Shown piece after piece: positions 1 to 10,145 of a DNA stretch of 64,000 bases; position 1 is the first letter of the stretch; every line of letters begins with the position of its first letter. Under the pieces are notes generated by a model, which worked only from the letters and a program-made list of their open reading frames with translations, ran no database searches and was not told the DNA's origin. Location: positions 2,608,009 to 2,672,008 of the forward strand of contig OZ244906.1 of assembly GCA_965221655.1 (NCBI GenBank). Direction: 5' to 3'. Source of the DNA: a bacterium. GTDB taxonomy: Bacteria; UBA8248. The position numbers and the translations under genes were made by a program.

Positions 1-188
1 CCCGAAGCGGCGAGGCGATCCACGAAGTCGAAGGCGCCTGCTCCCAAGTCGCCGAACCGGCCCGCTCCCGGCAGGGAGGTGGGATGCAGCAAAATGCCGC
101 TTCTTCTTTCCTGAAGCGCGTTCGCCTGGCTCATTTACGGTACCCTCCCGCGTCGGTGCCCTTTTGCGCCCTTCTCGCGCGTCGTGCC

Positions 189-1334
189 CTAGTGTCCCTC
201 TCCCAGGGGGAGCCTTACCGCTTCTCCCGTGCGGGCGGATTCCTCCATGGCGATGGTCACCTCGAGCGTCTGGCGGGTCTGCTCCGCGGTGGCGAGGTGG
301 CAAGCGCGTCCCGTGGCGAGGTGGTCGAGCCACGCGCGCGTCTCGTCGCCGATGGGGCCGTACATGGTGTCGAGTGCCCAGTCGCCCGATGAAGTGCTGC
401 CGAGGAACACCATCGGCATGTGGTGATCGGGAACGTAGGCGTGGGGGTAGCCTTTTTCGGTATACAGTATGTTCTCGCGGTGATCCTCGTCGAACATCAA
501 TACGCCTTCGGAGCCGATGACTTCCAGGCGAATGCTCTGGCCCGCAGTGGGATACTTCGCGGGCAGAGCGTAGCAGATTCCCAGGTTCACGGTAGCCCCG
601 TCGGCGAAGGTGATGATCGACCAGCTCACGTCATCTACTTTGGGGTAGCCCGCCTCCTTGAAGACGAAGCCTCCGCCCCGGCAGATGACCTCGACGGGCG
701 GGTTTCCCTCCATGAACCAGCACATCATGTCGACCCAGTAGGTGAGCACGTCGAGGACGGGCGTGGCGTCGGCGGAGCGCTTGAGAATCTCGAACGCCTG
801 CGCGCGGCTGTTGAACACGCGGCCCGTAGCCCCGACGAGCCTGCCCAGCCTGCCCTGTTCTATCTGTTCCTTGCCCAGGAAATAGCGCCGTTTGTAGCGC
901 ATGATGTAGCCCACGCGCAGGTCCGTTCGGTTCCTTTCGGCGGCATCCAACAGGCGATCGGCGTCTGCGAGCGACATGGCGATGGGCTTTTCGACGAGCA
1001 CCGGCTTGCCAAGTTCGAGTGCCTGGAGGACGGGCTCGACGTGGGCGAACTCCGAAGTGGAGACGATGACGGCCCCCACCTCGGGGCGGGAGATAACCTC
1101 TTCGTTGCTGCCCGAGGCGACCTGCGCCCCCACGCGCGAGGCGACTTGCTTCGCGCGCGCGGGGTCTGCATCCGAAACGGCGAGAAAGCGAACGGCGGGA
1201 TGCTGGGCCGCCAGGCGGGAGCGGTGGGTGCCGATGCGGCCTGCGCCCACTACGGCAACGCCGAGTTCGTTTCTGTCGAAAAGCGCCAAGGCGACGTCTC
1301 CAGAACCTCTGGCCCCATAAGAGTACGAGCGCAT
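189..1334 (-). CDS. Gfo/Idh/MocA family oxidoreductase. The track ORF runs to 2081, but the N-terminal 250 aa are Arg/Gly junk, so the start is placed at MRSYSYGARG.
   Basis: Rossmann motif VAVVGAGRIG, EKP motif and C-terminal alpha/beta domain typical of Gfo/Idh/MocA. ATG at 1332-1334 on the minus strand. Confidence 0.75.
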   Translation of the reverse strand: MRSYSYGARGSGDVALALFDRNELGVAVVGAGRIGTHRSRLAAQHPAVRFLAVSDADPARAKQVASRVGAQVASGSNEEVISRPEVGAVIVSTSEFAHVEPVLQALELGKPVLVEKPIAMSLADADRLLDAAERNRTDLRVGYIMRYKRRYFLGKEQIEQGRLGRLVGATGRVFNSRAQAFEILKRSADATPVLDVLTYWVDMMCWFMEGNPPVEVICRGGGFVFKEAGYPKVDDVSWSIITFADGATVNLGICYALPAKYPTAGQSIRLEVIGSEGVLMFDEDHRENILYTEKGYPHAYVPDHHMPMVFLGSTSSGDWALDTMYGPIGDETRAWLDHLATGRACHLATAEQTRQTLEVTIAMEESARTGEAVRLPLGEGH

Positions 1335-1405
1335 TCTATCCCGCGGGAGCGCGCCCTTCAACGCGAAGCGCACGCCCCGGGCTCGGAGGCTGTCCGCGCG
1401 GCCGC

Positions 1406-2637
1406 TCAGAGCAAGAGGCGCTCCTCCATGCGCGAGCGGGTGAGCACCTCGTGGCCTTCTTCGGTGATGAGCACGGTCTCCTCGATGCGCACGCCGCCGC
1501 CGCCCGGAACGTCCGGCACCCAGATGAGGGGTTCGATGGCGAACACCATGCCGGGTTCGAGGTCCACTTCTTCTGAATCCGGGTCGGGCTCCCCGATGTA
1601 GGGCGGCTCGTTCGGCGAGGTGCCCACGGCGTGGCCGATGCTGAGCGAGAACCAGTTTTTGCGCAGCCCGTATTTCTCGCCTGTTTCCCAGATGCGTTCG
1701 GCCACCTGCTTGTTGGTGAAGCCGGGCCGGGTGCGCTCGAGCCCCAGTTGCAGGGATTCGTGCACGGCGGTGTAGATTTCCTGTTGCCGCCGGGAGGGTT
1801 TTCCGCAAATCGTGGTGCGCGCCACGTCGCCGAAGTAGCCGTTCCACTGCGCGCCGATGTCGATGAACACCAGGTCGCCGCTTCGGATTATCTTGTCGCT
1901 CGCAAAGCGATACGGCGGCGACATATGCTCGCCCGACGCCACGAAGGGGGAGACCAGGTGGGCCATTTCGCCCCCGTAGTGGTGGAGCACCTTCATGGCC
2001 TCGGCGGCCACGTCGCACTCGCGCTTGCCCGCCCGCACGGCGTCCATGGCCTCTTCGTTCACCGCGTCGGCGATGGCGCACGCCTCGCGGATCATGTAGA
2101 CCTCCTCGGGCATCTTGTGGCGACGCACCTTGTGCATGAATGAGTCGCCGTTCACGAACTCGACGTCGTCAAGATGCTTGCGGTAGGCGCTGAACTGAAT
2201 GAACGTCATGAGGTCCAGCCCCACTTTCTTGCCGATGAGGCCCAACTCCTCGAACAGGGGGCGCAGCGTCTCGCGCACCATCTTGTCTACGAGGGGTTGT
2301 TCTTCCATCTTCGCCAGGTGATGGAATTTCTCTATCCAGGGCATGTCGCGCGAGACGCGGGGAATCTCTCCCCCGTTCGTCATGACGTGCGCTTTGCCCT
2401 CGCGCGGGAGGATGACGGCGTTTCTCGTTCCCTCGCGGTGGGCGAGGAAAGAAGAGCGCATGCTCGTGAGGTAGCGGACGTTTTCCACCTTCCAAAGGAA
2501 AAGAGCGTCCACGCCCTCCTCGGCCATGGCTTTCTGGGCTTTCTCCACGCGCTTGCGGCGCAGCATGCCCACGTCGACGCGCTCCTCGTAGTCGACGATA
2601 AATTGCCCACGCGCGAATCCCGGCATCGGCTGTTTCT
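1406..2637 (-). CDS. M24 family metallopeptidase (Xaa-Pro aminopeptidase/creatinase-like)
   Basis: Creatinase N-terminal domain plus a pita-bread fold with conserved D..D..H..E..E metal ligands (HxxGxxxHE-like GHAVG). Start trimmed to MPGFARG. The upstream track extension looks non-coding. Confidence 0.8.
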
Positions 2638-2687
2638 CCCGTTCGTAAAAAGAGGGGGCGAGCGCGCCTCCCCGGTCCGGACGCTCT

Positions 2688-3068
2688 CTAGAATTCCTCC
2701 ACCAGTTCGATGAGCACGTCGTCGGGCGCCTTGATGAAGGCCGTCCGCGAGCCCAGCACTCCATCGCCCGGTTTTTTCGTGAATTCCACGCCTGCGCGCT
2801 CGAGACGTGCGGCGACCTCGTCGATGCCCTCCACCTGAATTCCGAAGTGGTGGAGGCCGCGGCCCACCTTGGCGATTTCGTCGTTCTCGTCGGCGCGCAA
2901 GCCGCGGATGCGAATCTCTACCTGGCCGAGCATCACGCTGATGTAGGGCGAGCCCCGGTACTCGATCTCGGGCGTGAACAGCGTCGCGCCGAAGTGCTCG
3001 ACGTAGAATTGCGCCGCCGCCTGGGGGTCCTTGGCGACGTGGTGTACGTGGTGGGTTCGTGCAGGCAT
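2688..3068 (-). CDS. VOC (glyoxalase/bleomycin-resistance/dioxygenase) family protein
   Basis: 126 aa with two beta-alpha-beta-beta-beta modules. HH..E metal-ligand pattern typical of glyoxalase I-like proteins. Confidence 0.7.
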   Translation of the reverse strand: MPARTHHVHHVAKDPQAAAQFYVEHFGATLFTPEIEYRGSPYISVMLGQVEIRIRGLRADENDEIAKVGRGLHHFGIQVEGIDEVAARLERAGVEFTKKPGDGVLGSRTAFIKAPDDVLIELVEEF

Positions 3069-3096
3069 GGCTTCGTCCTCCTTCGTTCGCGGCGCT

Positions 3097-4374
3097 CTAG
3101 AGGCCGTCGCCCGCGGTGACGTAGGCGCCGCCGGGCACGGGGTTTTCCTCCGCGTTGCGCGCTCCCCACTGGCCCGTGATGGCGTACATCGCCCGCACCT
3201 TCTTCATGTTGTTGCCGCCGTCGCTCGAGAAGAGCATGTTGTGGGTGTCGCGGAACCATTTTTCGAGAAAATTCTCGCGCTGCACGCCCACGCCGGCGTG
3301 TATCTCCATCGCCATCTTGGTGACGTCGCAGGAGATTTCGTGCGCGAACGCACTGGCGGAGAGCGTCATGGGGGGGTCGACGGGAATCTCGTGGCGCATG
3401 TCCTGCCGCCAGGCGGCGTAGTGCACGTAGGCGCGCGCGGCCTGGATTTTCGTGTACATGTCGACGAGCTTGATGCCGACGGACTGGTGCTCGGCGATGG
3501 GTCGTCCGCTTTGCACGCGGTTCTGCGCGAATTCGAGGGATTTCTCGTAGGCGGCGCGCGCCACGCCGATTTGGCCCGCCGCGTTGATGAGGGCGTCGCC
3601 GCGCAGGTGGCGCCGGATGTAGGAGACGCCGCAGTTTTCGGGCCCGAGGCGATATTTTACGGGAACCACCGCGTTCTCGAAGACGATCTCCGCGTTCTGG
3701 TTGAGGCGGTAGCCCATCTTGTTGTGCACCTTGCCCATGCGCACGCCGGGAACGTCCATGGGCACCATGAGGAGGGAAGCGCCCTGCTCGACGCCCACGT
3801 CGGGGTTCGTGCGCACGAAGGTGAACATCAGCCGCGCCCAGCCCACGTTGGAGATGAAGTGCTTCGTGCCGTTGACGATGTAGTTGTCGCCCTCGCGCAC
3901 GGCGGTGGTGCGGTAGCCGCCGTCCGCCCCGTTGTAGGGGAGTTGGTTCTCCGACCCCGAGGAAGGCTCGGTCGTCGCCGTGCCGATGAGGAAGGTGGGG
4001 TCTTTCACGTACTCACGCATCCAGTAGTCTGCCAGTTCGGGGTCGCCGAGCAGTTCGCTCGTGAGAATATGGGAGATCTTGGTGGAGGAGAGCAGAAAGC
4101 CCGTAGCGCCCCTGTCTCCCCAGGATATCTCCTCGCCCACGAGGCAGTGGGTGAGCAAATCGTCGACACCGCCTCCGCCGTATTCCTTGGGGATGCTCAT
4201 CGTCCGCAAGCCGCACTTGTCGAGTTTCTCGAGCATGTGCGGCATGTAGGCGCAGTCGAGCGGGTTTTCCTGGTGGTCGAGCTCCAGGCTGATGGGCCTG
4301 ATTTCGTCGCGCGCGAACTCGTGCGCGATTCTTTGGTACTCTTTTTGTACATCCGTCATTCGGTAGTCGTACAT
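3097..4374 (-). CDS. acyl-CoA dehydrogenase family protein
   Basis: N-terminal alpha, middle beta and C-terminal alpha domains of an ACAD. Conserved catalytic region near the C-terminus. 425 aa. Confidence 0.85.
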   Translation of the reverse strand: MYDYRMTDVQKEYQRIAHEFARDEIRPISLELDHQENPLDCAYMPHMLEKLDKCGLRTMSIPKEYGGGGVDDLLTHCLVGEEISWGDRGATGFLLSSTKISHILTSELLGDPELADYWMREYVKDPTFLIGTATTEPSSGSENQLPYNGADGGYRTTAVREGDNYIVNGTKHFISNVGWARLMFTFVRTNPDVGVEQGASLLMVPMDVPGVRMGKVHNKMGYRLNQNAEIVFENAVVPVKYRLGPENCGVSYIRRHLRGDALINAAGQIGVARAAYEKSLEFAQNRVQSGRPIAEHQSVGIKLVDMYTKIQAARAYVHYAAWRQDMRHEIPVDPPMTLSASAFAHEISCDVTKMAMEIHAGVGVQRENFLEKWFRDTHNMLFSSDGGNNMKKVRAMYAITGQWGARNAEENPVPGGAYVTAGDGL

Positions 4375-4432
4375 GGGTTTCCTTTCTTGTGATGGGCGGA
4401 GCGTCTTGCGCCGCCGCGTGTCCGTGCTCCCT

Positions 4433-5464
4433 CTAGTCGCCTTCCTCGAGCACCTCGCTCACCTCGACGGGTTCGCCGCGCTCCCAGGAGCGCATGGCCG
4501 CCCACACCGCACCGAGTACGTGCAACCCCTCTGGGCCGCCGACCTCGGGCGGACGCGCGTCGCGCACGGCGTCGGCGAAGTCCTCTAACTCCTCGATGAG
4601 ATAATCCTGCGCGGGATATTCCTCGTAGGGAACTTCCTCGCGCTGCTCGCCGTCCTTTCTGAGGATTTTGATGCCCTCCCACCTGTCGTGATAGAGATTC
4701 GCCTCGTCTCCGTAGGCGTTCATGAAGTAGGTGTAGCGTCCGTTCGGCGTGCGCGGACTGATGAAGCTCGTCCCCAGCGTGCCGAGCAGCCCGGACTCGA
4801 ACTCGAACCACACGACGCTTACGTCGGGAATCTCGGATTTCGTTTTTATCTTGCTGAACGCGGCGGAAGCGCGTTTGATCGGCCCGAACAGATACAGGAG
4901 GTTGTCCACCTGGTGGATGGCCACCTGGAGCAGCGGGCCTCCCGGGGAGCCCTCCGCGTACCACTGCCAGTTGTCCGGCGTGTAGTGCAAACCCCGATCG
5001 TTCGAATAGTTGGTCTCGGCCATGGCGATGGTGCCGATGGTTCCCTCATCCAGCAGCTTCTTGAAGAGGCGGTGGCCCCTGAGCCTCCTCGAACTCGCGC
5101 CCACCGCCAGTGTGACGCCCGCCTCCGCACAGGCGCGAATCGTCTTCTTCGCGTCGGGGATGGTGGCGGTAATCGGCTTGTCGACGAAGACGTGCTTGCC
5201 CTGCTCAGCGGCGGCGGCGGCGAGCTCCGCGTGCTTGTTGTTGGGCGCCGAGATGACCACGGCGTCCACCTCGGGGTGGCGCACCACCGCCTCGTAGCTT
5301 TCCTCCTCCCCGCAGGAGAACTTTTCGCTGAACGCGCGGCGCTTCTCGGGCGTGCGCGTGTAGCAGGTGGTAATCTTGAGTTTCGGCGTCCTGACGATGT
5401 AGGACGCCAGGGTGTTTCCCCAGCGGCCCAGGCCGACCACGGCCACCCTCAGCGGATTGTCCAT
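4433..5464 (-). CDS. Gfo/Idh/MocA family oxidoreductase
   Basis: N-terminal VAVVGLGRWG Rossmann motif, EKP-like motif and a C-terminal dimerisation domain. Confidence 0.85.
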   Translation of the reverse strand: MDNPLRVAVVGLGRWGNTLASYIVRTPKLKITTCYTRTPEKRRAFSEKFSCGEEESYEAVVRHPEVDAVVISAPNNKHAELAAAAAEQGKHVFVDKPITATIPDAKKTIRACAEAGVTLAVGASSRRLRGHRLFKKLLDEGTIGTIAMAETNYSNDRGLHYTPDNWQWYAEGSPGGPLLQVAIHQVDNLLYLFGPIKRASAAFSKIKTKSEIPDVSVVWFEFESGLLGTLGTSFISPRTPNGRYTYFMNAYGDEANLYHDRWEGIKILRKDGEQREEVPYEEYPAQDYLIEELEDFADAVRDARPPEVGGPEGLHVLGAVWAAMRSWERGEPVEVSEVLEEGD

Positions 5465-5492
5465 CTACCCTCTCTCCTCGTTTCGAACCGAC

Positions 5493-6392
5493 TCACACCG
5501 ATTTCAGGCGCGGGTCCAGGGCGTTCCTGAGCCAGTCGCCCACCAGGTTCGCTCCCAGTACCGTAATCGTAATTGCCGCACCCGGCAGGGTAACGACCCA
5601 CCAGGCGGTGTAGAGGTGCACCTTGCCGTCGCTGAGCAGGCCGCCCCAGGTGGGCGTGGGGGGCGGTACGCCCAGGCCGAGAAAACTCAAGCCCGCCTCG
5701 ATGATGATCATCCGCCCCAGGTACAGCGACGCGATGATGATGACGGGCGCAAGCACGTTCGGCAGAATATGACGGACGATGACTCTCAGATGGCTCCCGC
5801 CGATGCTCCGCGCTGCCTGGACGAACTCGCGCTCGCGCAGCGTGAGCACCTCGCCGCGCACGACGCGGGCGTAGATGACCCAGATGCGCATCGACATGAC
5901 CAGTATCAGCACGACCAGGCTGGGTCCCACGATGGCGATGGTCGCCAGCGCCAGCAGGATGAACGGAAAGGAGAGCACCAAATCCACGAACCGCATGAGG
6001 AGAAAATCCACCTTTCCGCCGAAATAGCCCGACACCAGCCCCACGCACAACCCGAAACACCCCGTGAGCAAAACGGCGAAAAAACCCACCACCAGCGAGA
6101 TGCGCGCACCGTAGATGAGCCTGCTCAAGAAATCGCGCCCCAGGTGGTCCGTGCCGAGAAGATAGATGTTTTCGCCGTCCGACCACAACGGGGGCTTGAG
6201 GTTGCGGCTCAGCAGTTGCGCCTGGGGGTCCATGGGCGCGAGCAGGGGGGCGAAGACGGCCATCACCACCACGCACAGCAGTATAGCCACTCCCAGCATG
6301 GCGGACTTGTCCCTGCGCAGCGACTCCCACATCCGCGCGCGGGGGGGGAGGTCTTCGGCTTCTTCTGTGAACGTCGTCGCCTGTGCGTTCAT
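5493..6392 (-). CDS. ABC transporter permease, DppC/OppC type
   Basis: Six-TM permease with the EAA-like motif of peptide/nickel ABC permeases. Its start ATG overlaps the stop of the upstream permease (ATGA). Confidence 0.85.
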   Translation of the reverse strand: MNAQATTFTEEAEDLPPRARMWESLRRDKSAMLGVAILLCVVVMAVFAPLLAPMDPQAQLLSRNLKPPLWSDGENIYLLGTDHLGRDFLSRLIYGARISLVVGFFAVLLTGCFGLCVGLVSGYFGGKVDFLLMRFVDLVLSFPFILLALATIAIVGPSLVVLILVMSMRIWVIYARVVRGEVLTLREREFVQAARSIGGSHLRVIVRHILPNVLAPVIIIASLYLGRMIIIEAGLSFLGLGVPPPTPTWGGLLSDGKVHLYTAWWVVTLPGAAITITVLGANLVGDWLRNALDPRLKSV

Positions 6393-7306
6393 TCGTAGGT
6401 AATCCGCGGGTCGAGAACGGCGTAGATCAGATCCACCGCCAGGTTGATGAGCACGAACCCCGACGCCAGGATGAACACCGCCGACTGGACGATCGGGAAG
6501 TCGCGGTTCGCTATCGCCTCCACCACCAGCCGCCCGACCCCCGGCCAGGCGAATACCACTTCGATGATCACGGTGCCGCCGAGCAGAATCCCTAAGTCGA
6601 GCCCCATCACGGTGACCACGGGAATCGAGGAGTTCTTGAGGGCGTGCACCATGAGCACCACCTTTTCGCTCAGCCCCTTCGCCCGCGCCGTCATGATGTA
6701 GTCCTGGCGCATCACCTCGAGCATCTGCGAGCGCATGAGCCGTGCGAGGCGCGCGAGGTGGTAGGTGGAGGCGGCGAAGGCCGGCATCACGAAGTGCTCC
6801 CAGCCTCCACGTCCGAACGAGGGCAAGACGCCGAGCATCACCGAGAAGAACAGAATGAACATGATGGCCAGCCAGAAGTCGGGGACCGCCTGCATCAGCA
6901 CCGTGATGCCGACACAGCCCTTGTCGTAGGCCGAGCCTTCCCTGAAGGCGGCCAGGCAGCCGAAGGGAATGCCGATGAGCACGGCGAAGCCAAAAGCGCC
7001 GACGGCCATCTCTATCGTCGCCGGGAAGTGCTCGAGAACCAGGCCCATGGCCGACTCGCCGTGTTCGATGGACTCCCCGAAGTCTCCCCGCACGGCGTTC
7101 GAGAAAAACCGCGCGTATTGGACGTGGAGCGGCTGGTCGAAGCCCATGAGCTTGCGCATGCGTTCGATGTCTTCGAGCGTCGCGTCGGTGTCGAGCATCA
7201 CGACGGCGGGGTCGCCCGTCATGTGCAGCAGCAGAAACACGATGATCATGACGCACTTGATGAGCACGACCGCCTGAATCAGACGCTTGACGACGTATCC
7301 GGTCAT
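6389..7306 (-). CDS. ABC transporter permease, DppB/OppB type
   Basis: Typical BPD_transp_1 permease with conserved ARAKG-like motif (TARAKGLSE). Stop overlaps the next permease start. Confidence 0.85.
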   Translation of the reverse strand: MTGYVVKRLIQAVVLIKCVMIIVFLLLHMTGDPAVVMLDTDATLEDIERMRKLMGFDQPLHVQYARFFSNAVRGDFGESIEHGESAMGLVLEHFPATIEMAVGAFGFAVLIGIPFGCLAAFREGSAYDKGCVGITVLMQAVPDFWLAIMFILFFSVMLGVLPSFGRGGWEHFVMPAFAASTYHLARLARLMRSQMLEVMRQDYIMTARAKGLSEKVVLMVHALKNSSIPVVTVMGLDLGILLGGTVIIEVVFAWPGVGRLVVEAIANRDFPIVQSAVFILASGFVLINLAVDLIYAVLDPRITYE

Positions 7307-7415
7307 GGAGTCATCCGCCAGCGGGAATGTGTTCGGATTGGAGGATGCCTCCCCCGGGAGCGCGGTCCTCGCTGCCCCCGGAGGAGGGTTCGTCCCCGTT
7401 CCGAACCTGTGTGAC

Positions 7416-8930
7416 CTACTTGAGGCCGACCTCTGCGGCTATCAGCTTTCCGTCGGCGCGCGGCTGCCAGGCGATCTTCTTGTTCGCGCCGAAGATGCGG
7501 AAGGTCTGATACAGCGGAACTATCGGCACCTTGTCATAGCGCAGCACGCGGGCGATGTTCTGGTATTTCTTCTCCCGCGCCTTGTCGTCCAGGGTGGAGC
7601 GCGCATCGTTGATCATATCGTCCACCGCCTTGTCGCGGAAGCCGCCGTAGGCCGAACGACTGCTGATCGCGCCCGCGAACATGTGCTCGGCGCTGAAGGC
7701 CGTGTTCATGCGCGCGAGATAGTAGAGGAACGGCTTTACGTTCTTCTTGTACTTGCTGAAGATGATCTTCTTCATCGCTCCCCATTCCATCACGCGCACG
7801 TTCGCCTTAAGGCCGACCTTCGCCCACTGGCCCGCGATGCCCTCGAGTGCTTCCTTGCCCATCATGAAGCGTCCGCGGGGGATGTAGACGTCAAAGGAAA
7901 ACCCGTCCGCGAAGCCCGCCTCGGCGAGGAGCTTCTTCGCCTGCGCGGGGTCGTAGGGGTAGGGTTTGAGCTCGGGGTTGTAGCCGAAGCTGGCCGGCCC
8001 CTGGATGATAGCCACCGGCTTGGCGAAGCCCATCATCACGTTTTTGGTGATGGCGTTGCGGTCGATGGCCAGGTTCATGGCCCTGCGCACGCGCACGTCC
8101 ATCCAGGGAGCGCCTTCCTTGATGACCATCAGGATGTAGTTGGTGCGCGGCGACTGCTTGGCGACGACGCGCGCCCGCGCGCTCGCGTTAACGCGCGCAC
8201 TCAGCCCCGGCGGCAAGTTGTCGATGACGTCCACGTCTCCGGAGATCAGGGCGGAGACGCGCGTGGTCGACTCGGGGATGAACTTGACGACCGCCGTCTG
8301 CACCTTCGGCTTTCGCCAGGCGTTGGGGTTCGCCTCGTAGACGACCTCCTGGCCCTTGCGCCATCTCTTCATCACGAACGGGCCGCTGCCCACCGGGTTG
8401 CGCGAGAGGTGCTTGTTGTCGTGCTTGGCGTAGTATTTCGGCGGCACCATGAAGCCGTAGATTGCCAGAAACGGCGGCAGCATCGGGTCGGGCTTTTTGG
8501 TGTGAATCCGCGCCGTGTGAGAGTCGACCACCTCCACCTTGGCGATGCTCTTGAAGTAGCGGTACTGGCGCGACTTGAGTTTGGGGTTCAGCAGCCGCTC
8601 GAAGCTGAACTTGACCGACGCGGCGTCGAAGGGTTCTCCGTTGCTGAACTTCACCCCCTTGCGCAGCTTGAACTCCCACACCTTGGGGCTCACCATCTTG
8701 TAGCTCTCGGCGAGTTGATGCACCAGCGAGCCGTCGGGGGCGCGGGCGAGCAGCGTCTCGAATACGTTGGGGTGGTGCATCGAAATCGGCAGGGAAGTGA
8801 AGGTGTGCGGGTCGAACGTGGTCAGGGAGCCGGCCATGCCCAGAACCACTTTCCCCTTGGGTGCCGCTTTCGCGCCTGCGGGAAGCAGCAACAGCCCCAG
8901 GACGACCATCCAAAGCCAAAGCCTCTTCAT
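7416..8930 (-). CDS. ABC transporter substrate-binding protein, family 5 (peptide/nickel/opine type)
   Basis: Signal peptide MKRLWLWMVVLGLLLLPAGAKA followed by an SBP_bac_5-like domain. The track ORF starts 18 codons further upstream, but MKRLW is the plausible start. Confidence 0.8.
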   Translation of the reverse strand: MKRLWLWMVVLGLLLLPAGAKAAPKGKVVLGMAGSLTTFDPHTFTSLPISMHHPNVFETLLARAPDGSLVHQLAESYKMVSPKVWEFKLRKGVKFSNGEPFDAASVKFSFERLLNPKLKSRQYRYFKSIAKVEVVDSHTARIHTKKPDPMLPPFLAIYGFMVPPKYYAKHDNKHLSRNPVGSGPFVMKRWRKGQEVVYEANPNAWRKPKVQTAVVKFIPESTTRVSALISGDVDVIDNLPPGLSARVNASARARVVAKQSPRTNYILMVIKEGAPWMDVRVRRAMNLAIDRNAITKNVMMGFAKPVAIIQGPASFGYNPELKPYPYDPAQAKKLLAEAGFADGFSFDVYIPRGRFMMGKEALEGIAGQWAKVGLKANVRVMEWGAMKKIIFSKYKKNVKPFLYYLARMNTAFSAEHMFAGAISSRSAYGGFRDKAVDDMINDARSTLDDKAREKKYQNIARVLRYDKVPIVPLYQTFRIFGANKKIAWQPRADGKLIAAEVGLK

Positions 8931-8974
8931 CTCGCGTCCTCCTCCTCGGGTAAGAGTCGAAAAGTCCTTACACC

Positions 8975-10117
8975 TTACAGACAAGCCAGTTCGTCGGTGC
9001 TGCGGTTGAGCGGTTCATAGCCCTCGTCGGTGATCAGATAGGTTTCCCCCCAGAAAATCTGGCGGTTCGGCCCCAGGTTGAACATGGGGTGCGTCGTCAC
9101 CACCATGCCGGGTCGGAGCTCTCCCTCCGACACCGGGGTGATCATGTAGTCGGTCAAGTCCAGACCCGTAAGATGCACCAGGCCGTAGGGCCACACCTCG
9201 TAGCCGTGTTTTTCGAACACCTCGTTCATCGCCGTGACCATGCCGACCATGGGAGCGCCCGGCTGCATGCTTTCCAGCGAGGCGTCGCGCGCCTCGCGCA
9301 CCACCTGGTGGGCGTCCACGAGCCACTGCGCGGGTTCGCCCAGCGTGAGAACGCGCACGATCTGGTTCCAGTAGCCCCGTACGCGCGGGGAAATTTCCAG
9401 CAGCAGCGCGTCCCCCCCGCGAACGGCGCGATCCGTCTGGGGGATCACGTAGCCCCACGGCGCCTCGCCGCCGTTCGCCATGCCCGCCAGCCCCATCATG
9501 TTGAAGTTCTCCGTACCGCCTTCGGGGATGATCACCCGGTCCATCTCGGCGCGGATTTCGAGTTCGGTAACGCCCTCGCGCACGAAGCCCCGCAGGTGGT
9601 CCCACACCTTATCGCCCAGCTCGGCGGCGTGGCGCGACATGGCGACTTCCTCATCGCTCTGCACGAGGCGGAGTTCCCATATCAGTTCGCCCGCCTCCGT
9701 CCATTCCTTCGCCTTCACCTGCTCCTGCAACTGGCGATACCAGGCGGCGGGCATAATGGCGAGCGAGGAGACACCGATGCGCGCACCCGCCGGGGCGATT
9801 TCGTTCAGGTGTTTGCACGCCTGTGCGGGCACGGGCGTCAGCGCCTCGCAGCGCGTGTCGGCAATCCAGCCGTTGCGCAGCGATTCGATGCGCTGGTTCT
9901 CCACCCCCACGAACAAGACGGGCTCGCCCTCGCGCGGGAATACCAGAATCTGCTGTCCGGAGAAGGAGATGAAGTTGCTGACGTAGGCCAGGTTCCCCGT
10001 GCGCGGCCCCTGGCGGCCGCTGTTGCCGTAGACGACGAGCACGTCGATGCCCTCGCGCTCCATCTGTGCTCTCAGGTTCGCATGGCGGCGATCACGCTCC
10101 TTGGTCGAGAGTCCCAC
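8975..10117 (-). CDS. M24 family peptidase (Xaa-Pro dipeptidase-like)
   Basis: Pita-bread catalytic domain with conserved metal-ligand residues. Located at the head of the peptide-uptake operon. Confidence 0.8.
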   Translation of the reverse strand: MGLSTKERDRRHANLRAQMEREGIDVLVVYGNSGRQGPRTGNLAYVSNFISFSGQQILVFPREGEPVLFVGVENQRIESLRNGWIADTRCEALTPVPAQACKHLNEIAPAGARIGVSSLAIMPAAWYRQLQEQVKAKEWTEAGELIWELRLVQSDEEVAMSRHAAELGDKVWDHLRGFVREGVTELEIRAEMDRVIIPEGGTENFNMMGLAGMANGGEAPWGYVIPQTDRAVRGGDALLLEISPRVRGYWNQIVRVLTLGEPAQWLVDAHQVVREARDASLESMQPGAPMVGMVTAMNEVFEKHGYEVWPYGLVHLTGLDLTDYMITPVSEGELRPGMVVTTHPMFNLGPNRQIFWGETYLITDEGYEPLNRSTDELACL

Positions 10118-10145
10118 GTTTCTCTTCCCCCACGTTGCCAGAAGG

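Noticed and set aside
189-2081. N-terminal 250-aa extension of the first Gfo/Idh/MocA ORF, and likewise 1406..2764 for the peptidase
   Set aside because: The extensions are Arg/Gly-rich junk that overlap the neighbouring gene. Conserved N-terminal Rossmann motifs define much shorter true CDSs (starts at 1334 and 2637).
3031-4392. 453-aa plus-strand ORF
   Set aside because: Exactly antisense to the acyl-CoA dehydrogenase gene. No domain-like motifs. Codon usage is consistent with a shadow frame.
7287-9020. 577-aa plus-strand ORF
   Set aside because: Antisense to the well-supported ABC substrate-binding protein gene. Its Arg/Ala/Gly-rich, low-complexity translation is typical of GC-driven shadow ORFs.
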